Shown here: positions 16,596 through 31,505 of the stretch, one piece after another
Numbering within the stretch: position 1 is the first letter of the stretch
How the letters are laid out: every line of letters starts with the position of its first letter
Source: Paraspadella gotoi
Taxonomy: Eukaryota; Animalia; Chaetognatha
Reading direction: 5' to 3'
DNA: 64,000 nt
Assembly: GCA_051294375.1 (NCBI GenBank)
Contig: CM119271.1
Span: 11,675,896-11,739,895 of the forward strand
Position numbers and translations under genes: made by a program
The notes under the pieces: model-generated
Databases searched by the model: none
The model's input: the letters and a program-made list of their open reading frames with translations, nothing else
What the model was told of the DNA's origin: nothing

Positions 16596-17405
16596 ACCGC
16601 CCCCCCTCCTCTACCCAAAATCTAACCGGTAATAACGACCCTCCCATCGTCGGAGCAACTCGCGATGTGGTCTCCAGCGGCGTCGATGCTGATCTGATTC
16701 ACTGTGGTGGTGTGGGCGTTGATCTCTTTACCCACAATGTTGTTCCCTTGTGGGTCGAGGATGTGGATGACTCCCCAATGCGTCCCCAAGGCCACGAATT
16801 TGGGATGCACCGCCATGGCGGAGGCTGCGTCTTTGCCGAGGATGTGAGCCAGGTCGTTGCCGAGTCGTTCTGTTGGACATAAACGATGGATTTGAACTTA
16901 TTTTTTTCTATTTTTGATTTGATTAATAAAACTATTCTCATGATTATGACCAATTATTATTAACCTTTCGTATTACTTCGTATTAACTTTTTTTTTCGAT
17001 ACAGATTTATAACGGAATTTTAGAAAACAGTTTCGGCGTTTATTGCCAGGCCGAAAACGGTAATAGTATGAGAAACCTATTTATCAGTGAACTCTCTAAA
17101 GTCTAAACCCATCCAAGCCGAGGTGAGCTCTATTGCTCTATACAATATAAAATCCGCTTACCACTGGTGGATCTTACCGAAATACCCTTGGGGCATTTGG
17201 GCATTCCCCTACCGTATTTGAGACAAGGCTCCAGTTCGGCCTCTTCCTCTTCATCTTCTTCGTCGAAATCGCTGAAGTCGAGTTCGGCTTCGAAGTCGTC
17301 GTCGTCGATGTCGTCGTCGTCGTCGTCGTCGTCGGAACGGCGACTCGACTGGGATGCGACGGTGAAGGGCGTGGCGGGGGATTCGATGCGACCCAGGGAT
17401 TCCAT
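13804..17405 (-). CDS. VPS41: HOPS complex subunit VPS41, multi-exon
   Basis: Acidic N-terminus with EPCLKY, MAVHPKFVALGTHWG, SCSDDGRV and YYIVSPKDVV. A clathrin-repeat region ends in LWEDL...IGTHVDPIILI, followed by a C-terminal RING-like CQIC...FNCGHSFH..C...CFIC. Confidence 0.95.
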
Positions 17406-17833
17406 CGTTGAGGATGGGGGGGGGTGGGGGGTGGAGTCAGCAGCGAAGGGAATTCATTTTTTTTTAAGGAAAACGGGATTGAGGGAGAATGTCAGACGAT
17501 CGACTGATCGGGCGGCGAAAGAAGACAGAGAGCGAGACGAAGTTCCTTTGTTTTGGCTCGTCCAATTTTTAACGAGGCATCTTTTCGTAAAAAAATGCAA
17601 AAAATTAATATCAGAGAAAGTTAATTTACGAATTTTTTTAAAAATGTAGAAAAAGAATAACGGTTTAATAAAAAAAGAAAAATATCCCATGCGACTAGGC
17701 CAGTTGAACAATATTGATATAAAAGGAGTAATATTAATTATTTGAGCGGCGAGGATAAAAAAAAGAGAGAAAAGGCAAGATGGCGACGACGAACCAAAAG
17801 TGTTCGACTCTTGACGACAACAACGACAACCCT

Positions 17834-20027
<2,194 letters not shown>

Positions 20028-20159
20028 ATTTTCCGTCGAAGCCAAAATTAAAATAGCTCAACTTTGATGTAAAAAAAAACATCAAATTAACAAAACCAAA
20101 AAAATGAAAATAATAAAACCAACATTATGTAAATTAGATTTAAGGCCTTTTATTTTTCT

Positions 20160-21715
20160 CTAAACGAGACAATCTCTCATTGCCGCCTCCAAACTTTCTC
20201 GTCCCAAATTCTTTCCGATGAAAACAAGTCTCGTTTCCAGCTCATTATCTTCGCCTTCGACGTCTTTCAAATCGTAAATCTCTTGAACTCCTTGCAGCAT
20301 CTTCACTCCGCCGCCTTCTAAGAGGATCGTCCCCTTGGCCCGCAGCACCGTCGTCGCTTCGCCTCCTCCTCCGACGAAGACCTTCTCCCACAGGAGATCC
20401 TGGAGAAAAGACTCGAACTTCTCGAGACGAACCTTCGACGATCCGAAGTCTAGAGTGAGAGTAGAGATGTTGGGATCGAGATGCGGCGTCCAAGTCGATC
20501 CAATCTCTTTTCTCTTCTCTTCGATCTTTGCTAAATCGTAGGCCTTCAGATCGAGCAACTTGTCCAGATCCACCCGCGCCATCTCAGTCTTCAGCACCTC
20601 CGCGGCGGAATTGACGGCGCGAATCTCGGCCTCGAAATCGTGCAGCGCCGCGGCGTCCGGCACGAGGTCCGTCTTGTTGAGCACGACCAGATCGGCGAGG
20701 GCGATTTGACGCAACATGGCGCCGAAAGAGGTCTCTCGTTCCTCTTTGACCGCTTGGCGGAGTTGGGCGGGTCCGAACTTGGCGTCCATGAGAGTGACGA
20801 CGGCGTCGAGGAAGACGTGAGACTCGAGTTCTTCGTCGAGCCAAAAGATGGAGGCGATGGGGCCGGGGTCGGCGAGGCCCGTCGTCTCCAGCAGGATGTA
20901 GTCGAACTTTCCCTTTTTCTCCATCAGATTCTCGATGGCTTTGACGCCGTTGTCTTTGACGCTACAGCACAGACATCCGTTGCGGAGTTCGAGCCACTCT
21001 TCGTAGAGGGCGCCTTCCTCGCCGACGGACATCACCTACCAAAATGATAAGATTATAATCATTATAATTATAATCATTAATCAACCAATCAAAACACCAC
21101 CATAATTACTGCTAAAGACTATAATTAAGTATTGAAAAATCGAGAAACAGAACTAATATTGACATCCAAAATGAAAATGTATCAATTCACGTTCAACACT
21201 ACAATATGTAAATGAGATTGAGAAATTCAATCTCATTAAAGATCATATTAAATAATCATCCCTTACAAAATAACAATAAAATAATGTCTAAATTTCCTCT
21301 TTTCTTTAACTTTTTTCTTTTTTTCATCTTTTTTTCGTCTCCCATTCCTACAAACCCGAGCTCGCCTCGAACGCCGGACCTGTTCCATGGCGGATCCTTC
21401 CCCAAACCTGTTCCATGGTGGATCCTTCCCCAAACCTGTTCCATGGCGGATCCTTCCCCAAACCTGTTCCATGGCGGATCCTTCCCCAAACTCGTTGACT
21501 ATGACGGCGATTCTTTTATCGTGTTGCTCGGTCAGGATGTAATTGAGAAGCGTCGATTTACCAGCGCCCAAATATCCGGTGATGATCGTCACTGGGATCT
21601 TGGGGATGACTCTGTCTCTTTTAGTCATGACTCTGTCTCTATCAGAGATGATGCCATCACCGTTCCCATTTAAGACGGGGATCAACGTCGGAACGTCCTC
21701 GTCGTCAGAATCCAT
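20160..21715 (-). CDS. CBWD: COBW-domain GTPase / Zn chaperone ZNG1 (COG0523), 2 exons
   Basis: Motifs [57 protein letters not shown] and LVFIGKNL. Confidence 0.95.
21380..21491. repeat. 4 x 28-bp tandem duplication of the CBWD exon-1 3' end
   Basis: The unit GTTTGGGGAAGGATCCGCCATGGAACAG (minus strand) occurs four times with one substitution. Confidence 0.95.
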
Positions 21716-22019
21716 CTTCTTTATGAAATGGAAAACGACGAGGTCATAGCGATTCCACGATTATAACTATTATATTATAAGTCTTGTTAATTTCTTGCAG
21801 AATTGTTTAAAATGTTTTTACAAATTTTCTTTTTTTTTTGTCAAACGAGCGCCGTCCCCCGTCGTCATTAAATTAAACTGAAATATCAAAAATTCGAAGA
21901 GAAACCTAGAAACAAATTCCAATTTCCTAGAAATAAGAGTGGAAGCAACGAAACAAAACTTTTTATTTTCTTCACTCAACAACCCGCTCTCTCTCTATCG
22001 TCTCTCTCTCTCTTCTTTC

Positions 22020-22696
22020 TCAATCCTTCTTGGTCTTCTTGCCGACCCGCGGGCGCTGACTCCGCAGGATGGCGGAGGCCCTCTTCATCGCGGCGCGCTT
22101 CTTCGACTTGTTGAAGCCTTTGACGCTTTTGGCGACGGAGTTGAGGACGGCGCGGCGTCCTTTCTTCAGCGTCACCGCGTTGAGACTTTTGTTGGGTTTG
22201 TTGGCCTCTGAAAAAGGAAGCGATTCGATTAGATACTTTTTTGCTCCGTCTGTCTCTTTGGGTATAATATATCAACAATGTATATACATATAATATATAT
22301 ACAAGTAATACAAAAGAATAAAAAAAGAGAATTATAATTAGTTTAAATAAATATCCCGTGAGAGCGCAGGAAATTAAAAAATATCCGTATTATGTAAAAT
22401 ATCAAATGAAATAGCGTCCTTGCTAATCAACTAATCGAGTAAACCTAAGACGAACCCGAGTTTCCCCCTTTTAAATCAAACTCACGTTTGACTTTTTTGG
22501 TGATGAGCACGACTCCCTTATCCTTGGCCGCCGTGACCCCGACGGCTTTGGGGTCGACGAGTCCGCTGCTCTGGCGACTGTGAAGTCCGGTCAGGTTGCA
22601 GGCTTCCTTGGTGAAGACCTTGTTGCGGCAGAGTCGACCCTTCATCATGAAGGAGGACGAGTTGCGCACGATCATCCAGCAAAGATCAGAAGACAT
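22020..22696 (-). CDS. RPL28: 60S ribosomal protein L28 (eL28), 2 exons
   Basis: MSSDLCWMIVRNSSSF...EACNLTGLHS...GLVDPKAVGV. Exon 2 ends AAMKRASAILRSQRP. Confidence 0.93.
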
Positions 22697-22896
22697 TTTG
22701 GGGGCTTTTTTAGTTTTTCGAGAGAGAAGAGGAGAGATTTTATAAACGGAAAAACTGGATATAATGAGAAAAAAAAAACAAATTCATAATAAAAAGTTCA
22801 ATAACAATAAATTTGACACAAAGAGAATGAGCGAATAAAATCCAATGGCAATAAAGTTCACAACCATTTTTTTTTATAAAAAAAAAAAAAAAATAC

Positions 22897-25800
22897 TTAA
22901 TTCAACTCGATCTCAACTTGACGTCTCTCCGCTTCGTCTTCCGCGCTTCGGTCTTCCCCGTCCATCTCTCTCTCCCTCTCTTTCCTCTCACTCTCTTTCC
23001 CGCCCAATGGATAATGAATAAAGAAGGTCCTTCTCTTCTCTTCTCCTTCTTCTTTCCACTCTGGATCAACGACGAGAAAAGAATCAGGGATTCGAAGATT
23101 TCGATCCAACGAAGTCGCGCAGTTCAAATCTTGACCGATCTGGAGACAAAAAGTTTGGAATTGATTTCATTAATGGATTGATTGATTGACTGATTGATTG
23201 ATTCAATGACCGCCTTACTTGTCAGTAAATTGGGTTTTTTTTTTCTCCTATGATTCGACTTTGTTCGATTCGAAGGATTTATTCGAATTAATCACAAAAA
23301 TAGATCCATTTTACGTTATTTATTTTTCTGAAATTCCTAAATTGATCGATTTAGAATAGTTGATAGTTCCTCACTTTGTCTTCCTTCAACTCGGACTCGG
23401 AGACCCGATGATGGGGGACGAAGAGGGTGCCGTCGATCTCCTGGACGCGCGTGCTGTATTGGCGTGGCGCCACCAACGTCATTCGCGTCTCCGCGTCGTC
23501 GAGACTCACGTGAATCTGACGCGCGTGTTGCCAGTGAGCGAAAGCCGCGCGTAAATCCGGACTTGAACAACGACGAAAAAAAAAAAAAAAAAACTCAATT
23601 ACTTGATTAATTAAATAATTAATTTGGTAATTACTTGAAAGCGGCTTTGGTATCGCGAAAGAGATCGTTGGATAAGAGGAAACAATCTACTCCGCTTTCG
23701 AAGCAACAGAAAATCGTAAAGAGGTCATCCTGGGTCATCTGCAAAAGAGAATGGGACAAAATTAGTTGCATAACATCAAAAGTTACTTCTCTTCAATGTA
23801 TATAACGTAAGATACGCTGCCGCTCAATCCACCGTCTCCGAGGAATGCACCCCAAAAGATCCCGACCTCCTCTTGGCCCTTTCTCGATCCCTCGCTCGTA
23901 CGGTTGTACCTCTTTGGTCATAAAGATTTTGGCGTGGTTTCGCATCTCCTTGACGACGCGCGCGTGATCTCGTCGGTTCCACCAATCGCGAGCGATGACG
24001 GCGACGCGTTTCTCCGACTTTTCTGAGAAATGCTTGACGACTTTGAGGACGCGTTGCATCTTGAATTTAGTAATGCTGGTTGATTAATAATTAATAATAA
24101 TAATAATAATTAATAAGCAGAGAATAAACTAAGATAGACTGAATAGAAAGCTTGCAGGGTCATTGCGAGAAGGATATCAAAGTGAGGGGCAAGATAGCTT
24201 ATTTATTAAATAAATGGATAATATTTAATTCAGGGTATATTTATCTACATTTTTCGTATCACTTGTATTGAATATTTAATTAATTCCAAACAACCTTGGT
24301 GGAGATGCTGGTCTTATTGGCTGCGTGCGACTGACGATAACAAAGATTAAGTCCGTCGATAACGAGATCGAAAGGCCCTTCCGCTCTGACGAAGCGTTGG
24401 ACGGACTCCACTTCTTCGGGATCCGATTTGTCGTAGACGTTAGCGCCGATCAAGACTTCGCTCAAAAACTGGACGAAAGTCGAGGACGAAATCATGTAAG
24501 AGATGATTATTAAAATGGGATTGAATTTCTCAATCTAATAAGCATATTTTAGTATTAAACTTAAATGAGTTTATTTATATTTTAGATTTCAATATTAGCT
24601 CTGTTTTTCGGTTTTTCAGCAAGATAATTATAGTTTTTAGCAATGTTAATGATTAACAGAAATTTTAGTAATATTTTAAACAAACCTTTTCCTTAATTTC
24701 GTCGAATCTAAGAAGCTGGAGTCTTTCGAGCGTCTTCCCGCTCAAGGGACACACGCCGCTTTTGGGCATCTTGATCGATCCGTGGACGAAGCGATTCGCG
24801 GATTCTCCGTGAAATGTTAGAAACCAGACGGCCAACTACAAAGTAGAATGGCGCATTCAAAATTGATTAAAATAATTAAAAAAGTAATTATAATTTGAAT
24901 ATAATTCGTGCCTCACTTTCTTGGCGACGTCGGCGTGAGGGATGTAGCCAGTCTTTCGCCAGTGACTCAGAACTTTTTCCATGTTAATTCTCGACCTCTC
25001 GTCTCGATTCTGTTTTCGATACAAGATTGGACTGATCATTTGTTTTAAATCTTAATTGCATATTATTATTATTATTATTTTAAAAATGTATACTAGAAAT
25101 TATTTGATATTTATTTCGAGTTATTTATACAGATTAACAACAAGTATTCTACTGAAAAGGCCGATTCTTCTACCCACTCCCTCACCGTCTGTTGCTGCAG
25201 CAGAGTATCCATGACCAACTTCCAGACTTGCTCCGTCCCGACGCTTCTGTCTTCGTAAAGAAGATCGAGACTCTCCCGCGGCTGCACCGACTCCAGGTGG
25301 GAATTCTGCAGCAGCAGCACCACGTCGAGGTCGCCCTCCTTCGCCGCGGCGACGAGCATCGGGAGAAAGTCGGACCAAGAGGAATCTCCGCGTGAGTTAA
25401 GGCGACCTGAAATGGGAGAAAATGAGTTTAATTGACATTTAGGCATTTAAATATTTTAGGGAATTAAATTAAATTTTCGATTTTTATTTTGATTCTTGCG
25501 ATTATAAAAAAATTCGAGGAAGGAAAAAACTACAATAACCGAACCAAAGAAAGTCGGTTGGACTATGTCCCTAATATGATACCTAATACATATGAATACA
25601 ATTGGTTCACATGTCGGGAAGAAACTTTCGTGAAGATTCATCATCGGACTTTTATTCATTTGAATATTTATTCATTTGACAAAACATTTCACAACGTGTA
25701 TATTCATTCATTATTCATTGATTGATTGGCTTTCCTTTTCATCTATCATGAGTTATTAATGATTATGGGAGAGGTGTTGGCCGTTGGGGTGTTGGAGACA

Positions 25801-27231
25801 AATTCATGAGGACGTCGAGGATCTCGAGACGGACTATTCGCGATGAACATTTAAACGAACCGTTCTTCAATACTGATATTGTTCTAATATTGTTTATCAT
25901 TTATTAATATGTTTTGCCTTTCAGTGATATCGAGTATCGTGCTAATAATTAATAAATGATACGTGTCAGAATACGGTTGATCAGAATACAGTGATTGGTT
26001 CCGCGTCTCCCCTTTTATACTGTGACCTTTTATACTTCTCACAGTTCTCAGATATCAGATCCATACTCTAAGACTGATTGCATCTGTCGACTGCGCCGTC
26101 CGCTCATCGCCTGATTGGTAGGCCCCGTTGGAGACCCCGATGCGACCCAGCTCCGGTTGACGTGAGCCTCCTTTACCCACTGATGTTTCTACATGAAAAC
26201 CCCTCCAACAGGGGTACTGATAGGTTTTGTGGTTCTTGATCATTATGTTTCTCTTCTGATCTATCTGTAGATCTATCTGTAGATTCCTGGGTGCACTGTC
26301 AATGTACACCGTCATTGTACGGCCACCCGTGATCACTGATCAAACATTCCCTGATTGGAGCGAGACTTTCTGCCACACCTTCATTCTCGGTGACACTCCT
26401 TCGGTCACCGCACACTCATCATTACCCGTTAGGGGGTACGCAGGATTCGCCCCCTAACACACACTTTCTTAAAACTTTTTTAATACGTACATAATTACAA
26501 AATCTGACATGTAGCATCAACAACTAACCCAACAAAGGAAACGCCTCCCTCCAGATGGAGGACCGCGCAACAACGTTAACAAGCTCCTTGCAGACTTCGG
26601 TGGCGGCGAGGCTGAAATGGTGCTGCTCGAAGAAAAGTCGGATTCGGTCGCAGAGTTCGTCGTCAAGTTCCGGGCGTCGCTCGAGCGAGTTGGCGAGGGC
26701 GTGGAGGAATCCCAGATCGAAAGCGAAATGCGGCGCGGCCCCGTTGGACGCCGAGATCTCTCTCAGGCGTCGCGATAGAGCGAGGTAGTCGTCGCCGTCG
26801 TCCGCAGCGCCAGTACCGTCGGCGCAGCATCTCATCAAAAGAGCGAAAGGCGCTTCGGCGTCAGAGGTCGACGGGAGACGCTCGACCACAGTCCGAAGTC
26901 CATTGACGGACGCCAGATCCTCGGCCAACGCTCCAGAAGACTCGAGCGCTTTTCGCACCGAAGAATAGCGGACGAGCTGCTCGGCCCGACTGGCGAGGCG
27001 CACCTCGGCATCTTCGGGTTTGACGTCGCGGGCTTCAACGGCTCCGGGAGGTGTGGCACGAAAAGCGCGCCGGGGCGGAGATAGCAAGGCGAGATGGCGT
27101 TCGCGCGAGTGGAGTGGCGGAAGGACGAGACAAGTGCGATGATGAGAAGCAGAAACAAAAGACGATTCGTGGGAAAAAGTTAATAAATAAGCGTTGCGAC
27201 GGATCGTCGCTAAGCAACGCCGAGACAACAT
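22897..27231 (-). CDS. PRORP: Mitochondrial protein-only RNase P catalytic subunit (MRPP3), multi-exon
   Basis: Transit-peptide-like N-terminus and a helical PPR-like region, then NYN nuclease motifs GPFDLVIDGLN, TQDDLF, LSNDLFRD and FAHWQHARQI. Confidence 0.85.
25964..26459 (-). mobile_element. Probable solo LTR (~496 bp) in PRORP intron 1
   Basis: A balanced-GC island in an AT-rich intron, bounded by TGTTAG...CTGACA (TG..CA with a short inverted terminus). It has several CCAAT boxes and two GTATAAAAGG TATA-like boxes on the minus strand. No clean TSD is visible. Confidence 0.6.
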
Positions 27232-27242
27232 CGCGCCCTTGA

Positions 27243-27270
27243 CTGAAACTAGAAAAATAAATAAGCAATT
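27243..27270 (-). promoter_or_regulatory. Unpaired 3' splice acceptor upstream of the PRORP ATG (candidate trans-splice site)
   Basis: TTATTTATTTTTCTAG TTTCAG|TCAAGGGCGCGATG, within a 181-bp intergenic gap. Confidence 0.6.
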
Positions 27271-27412
27271 TTATTTTATTTTATTTAACACTAGGGCAGC
27301 TTTCCAAAATATTTTACGTAATAACTTCTAACAAACAAAGAGTCAATGAGAGAAAAAGTGGGAATGACTAAGCGAGACTAGATCGAGATAGAATGAGGAA
27401 CCAAAATGAGTT

Positions 27413-30338
27413 TTAATCTTCGACGGAGGCAGAGTTCAACACTTCCAAGATCAAAGGATAAACCGGAGTGTATTCCTTAACCTTCTTCTTCTTGCAGATC
27501 TGCTGATAAGACTCCAGCGCCCCGCGGATCATCTCCAGTCGATCGCCGAGGCGAGGATGGTCGTCGAGCCACTTGGAGTAGCGACATTCGGTCCAGCCCA
27601 TCGTCTGGTGGGGCGAGCGAAGTTCCGGAGGACCGCGTCCGAATAAAAACTGGGCGGGAGGGGGACGAGGATAATTCAAAATATACAATTTTATATGCAT
27701 TCGGTTATTAAATGATAAAAACAACAGACCAGCGCTACTAAATCCGGATCGACGACTCCGTTCTTAACCGTTTCTCTGATTTGATCATCTTCGGCAAATA
27801 GAAGAGGCCGAGAACCGCGCAAGACTTTGTAGGCCTGACCCAGCGACGCCAACCCGCCGCGATTGGGTTCGGCCACGAGGGGAGAGACGGCGCCTTCGAG
27901 GGCGGCGAAGTCGGTCGCCAGTCTCAGTCGACCTCCGCTGCCTGGAAAAAGGAAGGGAGATTTTAGTTAATATGATTAATTAAATATTAATTTCCTTATT
28001 AACTCACCCACGGGTCTGACCATCGCCGCGTGGAGGACGAAAAGCCGCAACGTCCTCGACGCGATCCTCTTCAACTCTCCCTCGTGCAGCAAATCTCCGC
28101 AACGGAAGATGGCGAGATAATCTGCAGCAACTCGAGCCACGAAGTCGTTTAGTTCTCTCATGTAGAGGGAAGAGGGCGAAGAGGCGTTCCGTCGAGGAGC
28201 CACTCGGTCTCGATCTTCCGATGAAAAGTCTTCGTTGTGCATCGTCGCCAGGATCTTCTCCAACATCTCGTCCACATTGGATAAGAGAGGAGAGACGACG
28301 GAGAGAGTTAGCGAAGTGAGAGTCTCTCTCGCCTCCGTTAGAGTCTTTTGGTTGAAAAAAGATAATTAATTAATTAATATCTTAATCTATAATAACGTCA
28401 TTGTTTGAGCAGCCACCTGCATGGCCGTGGCCGGCAAAGAGGCGCCGGCGGGGGAGGCCAAGACTTTGCCGACAGATTCGGAGAAAAAGTAAAGGGAGTT
28501 GACGACGGCGGCGTTGGAGAGTTGGGTAGCGTTGGCGGGGCCGATCACCTAAGAGGGTGCAATGTGTGTGTGTGAAAGAGAGAGAGAGAGAGAGAGATAT
28601 AGAGAGAGAGAGAGAGAGACCTGCTTAGCATCATCGTTATCGACGATAATCATCTCGCATTTGGCGGCGAAATTCCTGATGGCCTTCGACACGATGTCGC
28701 AAACTAAATGTTTAAAGAGGAAAAGAGTCATAAAATTTGTTCGGTCTCGGCGAACCTCGTTGCGGGAAGAACTGACCCTCGTGGACGAGCGTGTGGTCGA
28801 AGGCGGCGACGACAACTTCCTGCTGAAGAGTCTTGACCACGTTCTCCATCTCTTCCGTCGACGGAGTCTCTGGAAATCCCGATTCGGCGGAGCGAGTCGC
28901 GAACATTAAATTGATGGGATCCAAAAGCCTGGGAGTTGAAACAGTTTTCATAATATTAATCTCTCTCTCTCTCAAAAAAAAAAAAAAAAACAGAACAAAA
29001 CAAAAAAAGCAATACATACCTCGACAATGCCCTCGTGAGATAAGACTCCTCAAATCCCGCCAGCGCCGCCTTCCGCATCTTCGCCTCGTAATCCTTGGCT
29101 CCGCAACGCCGGATGCCCGACGCCGCAGCCGTCGCCGCTGTCTCGGCCCGCTTCACTCGCGCCCACAATTCGTTGAAGAAGCGAAGAAGTTTGGGAAACT
29201 CTGATTCAAAAGCGCGCGTAACGTGGGAAGACTCTGCTACGTTGGCGAATCGTTGCCGCGTAGCGTCGATGGTGCCAGACCAAAAGGCATCGAGGAGATT
29301 TCTCTGAGGAAGAGCGGTGACGGCGTTATCGTCGATTTGCTCCAAACGAAATTGTTTATCGACAACGATTTGAAGCTGCGCGACTTTTTGATATTCGACG
29401 AAAACTCCATTGGTGAACTTTTCTAGATTCGTCCACAGAGTCGCGCGGAAAGCGGTCAAGTTTCCAGGAACGGGCATGACGGCGCGGCCAGGCGGCGCTG
29501 AGGCGGCGGGGCGTCCGGCGACGGATGTCGAGGAGGCGTTGACGAGGTTGTGGACGTCGAGTCCTTCGGCGGCGACTTTATCCAGCCTCTCGACGGCATC
29601 GGCGACGACTTTGTCAATGACTGAGTCCACGATGTCCAGATTCGCGTAAACTTGAAGAGCGGAAGAGATCTGACTTTGATTGGGCGTGGAGACGCCAGAA
29701 TCCAAGATGGCGGCCGCGCGACGCTCCACCTCCTTCCAGCCTCTTTTCAACGCGGAGCGGTCTTCCTCCACGATTCTGACGCCGGCAAGATCTTCTCCAT
29801 CTAGCAACGCTTTCAGCTCAAAGAGGTTGGAGGCGGCGCCGGCGAGATCCGCCCTCGGGTCAAGGTTTTGTCCTGTCTGATCCGCGGCGCCAAAGGCCGA
29901 CACCTGTCCGGCCAGTTTGCGTCGCAGATGCAGGACTCGTGAGGTCTTTCGCATGAGGTCGCACGCGAGCTGCATTCGCGCCAGCTGCCGCGTCTGACCG
30001 GAAATGCGGACGTAGGCGTCAGTGGTTCGAGTCTTGACGCGCGTCATGGCGGAGAGAAGCGAGGATATGCGGGAATGCAGCATCTGCAGCACCTCCTCGA
30101 GCGTCTCAATGCCCGTGGCGTGCGAGAGCAAATCGCCGTGATGAGCGGAGACTTGACTGTGAATCTCTGCATCGATGATGGCGACGGCGTCGTTTAGTTT
30201 TCTCAGATGATCCGAGACGTTGAGTCCGAGGGTGACGCGAGATGTCGTCTCCGTCACATCGTAATCGTCACCGAGGAATTCTGAACAGATTTCGTCGTCG
30301 CGGAGAAAATCCCAGACGCCGCCCGAACAGGTCTTCAT
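27413..30338 (-). CDS. COG5: Conserved oligomeric Golgi complex subunit 5, multi-exon
   Basis: Motifs QVSAHHGDLLSHATGIETLE, QLARMQLACDL, FRATLWTNLE, AFESEFPKLLR, SLYMRELNDF, FLFGRGPPELRSPHQ..GW...YSKWLDDH and LESYQQ...YTPVYP. Confidence 0.93.
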
Positions 30339-31505
30339 CTTGAGAAAAGATGCTCGAACCGATTAACCGAATTGTAACCGATTAACCCAATAGTAACCGA
30401 TTATTGTCAATGAAAAACAAAATCCGATTTTCTGAAAAAAAGGAGTTTTTAATTTTTTTTTAAATAAGCCGATTTTTCGACAACTTAGTCATTTTTCCAA
30501 TAAGGTTACGTATGTGACAAAAGAAAAATATATTGCCAAAGCCGTTTTTTTCCCTTTTTTTTTTTCAAAAAAAAGATATTAATAAAAATACGGGAGGAAA
30601 TTAAATGTCTTAAACTTCGGGCAGTTTTGAGAATCAAGGTTAATAAAAACAAAAAAAGTTTAAATTAAATTTACTGCAAAATAAAAACTGCCTTCCGACG
30701 CAAGAATTAGTGAAACGAATATGTGTGACGAAATTCGGTTTATTAAAACCTCGCGAAATGATAGGATATAAATAAGCTCAGTATAACAGTTTCTTTTTTG
30801 TTTCTTTTTTGGAGAGCTTAAAGAAGAAATTAAAGGCTACAATTATACATGACAGATGTCTTTTTTTTTTGTAAGGTTTCGGTGAATTTGTGCCTCTCGC
30901 GTCTGATAGCTAAATATTTCATTGGTACAGTTTTTTTTAGTTTTTTTATTTTTAATCTACTTTATCTGTGATAAGAGGATTAATGGCTTCACGCAATCGC
31001 GGAAAAAATCGACCCATATATGGACGTATTTGGGGGACGCCATTTACAAATTTACATTTACATTTATTACATTAATATTTTTTCGCTTCTTTTAAGAAAA
31101 GAAATAACCTTAAATTTAAGAATATTTGGAGCTGCTGTTGAAAAGTTTTTGTAAAAAGTTACCAACGCAAAATTAATTAGTAAAAGACGACATAATTATC
31201 TTGAAAATATCAAGGAAATATCGCGAGGAATATATTTTCTTAAATCTTAGTAAACCCCCCAACAGCTGCTCCATTTGAAAAAAAGGCCCAAATTTAAAAA
31301 AAGGATAAAATACGTTTTTTTTTATTATTTCGTAGTCGAAAGAGAAAAAATAATTGGAGAACAACAATGAAATTATAAACTTAAAAGTTTTTCTTAGACG
31401 GAAATCTTCGCTCTTTTCTTTCTCTCTCTCCCTCTTTCTCTCTCTCTCTCGCGACTCCTTCTTCGAGCAGACGACGACGACGACAACGACAATTCATTCA
31501 GCTTC

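Noticed and set aside
21380-21491. CRISPR-like array
   Set aside because: The repeats are contiguous with no spacers, the context is eukaryotic, and there are no cas genes.
25763-25835. Possible extra PRORP exon
   Set aside because: It reaches a stop in the required frame, and exon 1 splices in frame directly to the exon at ~25407.
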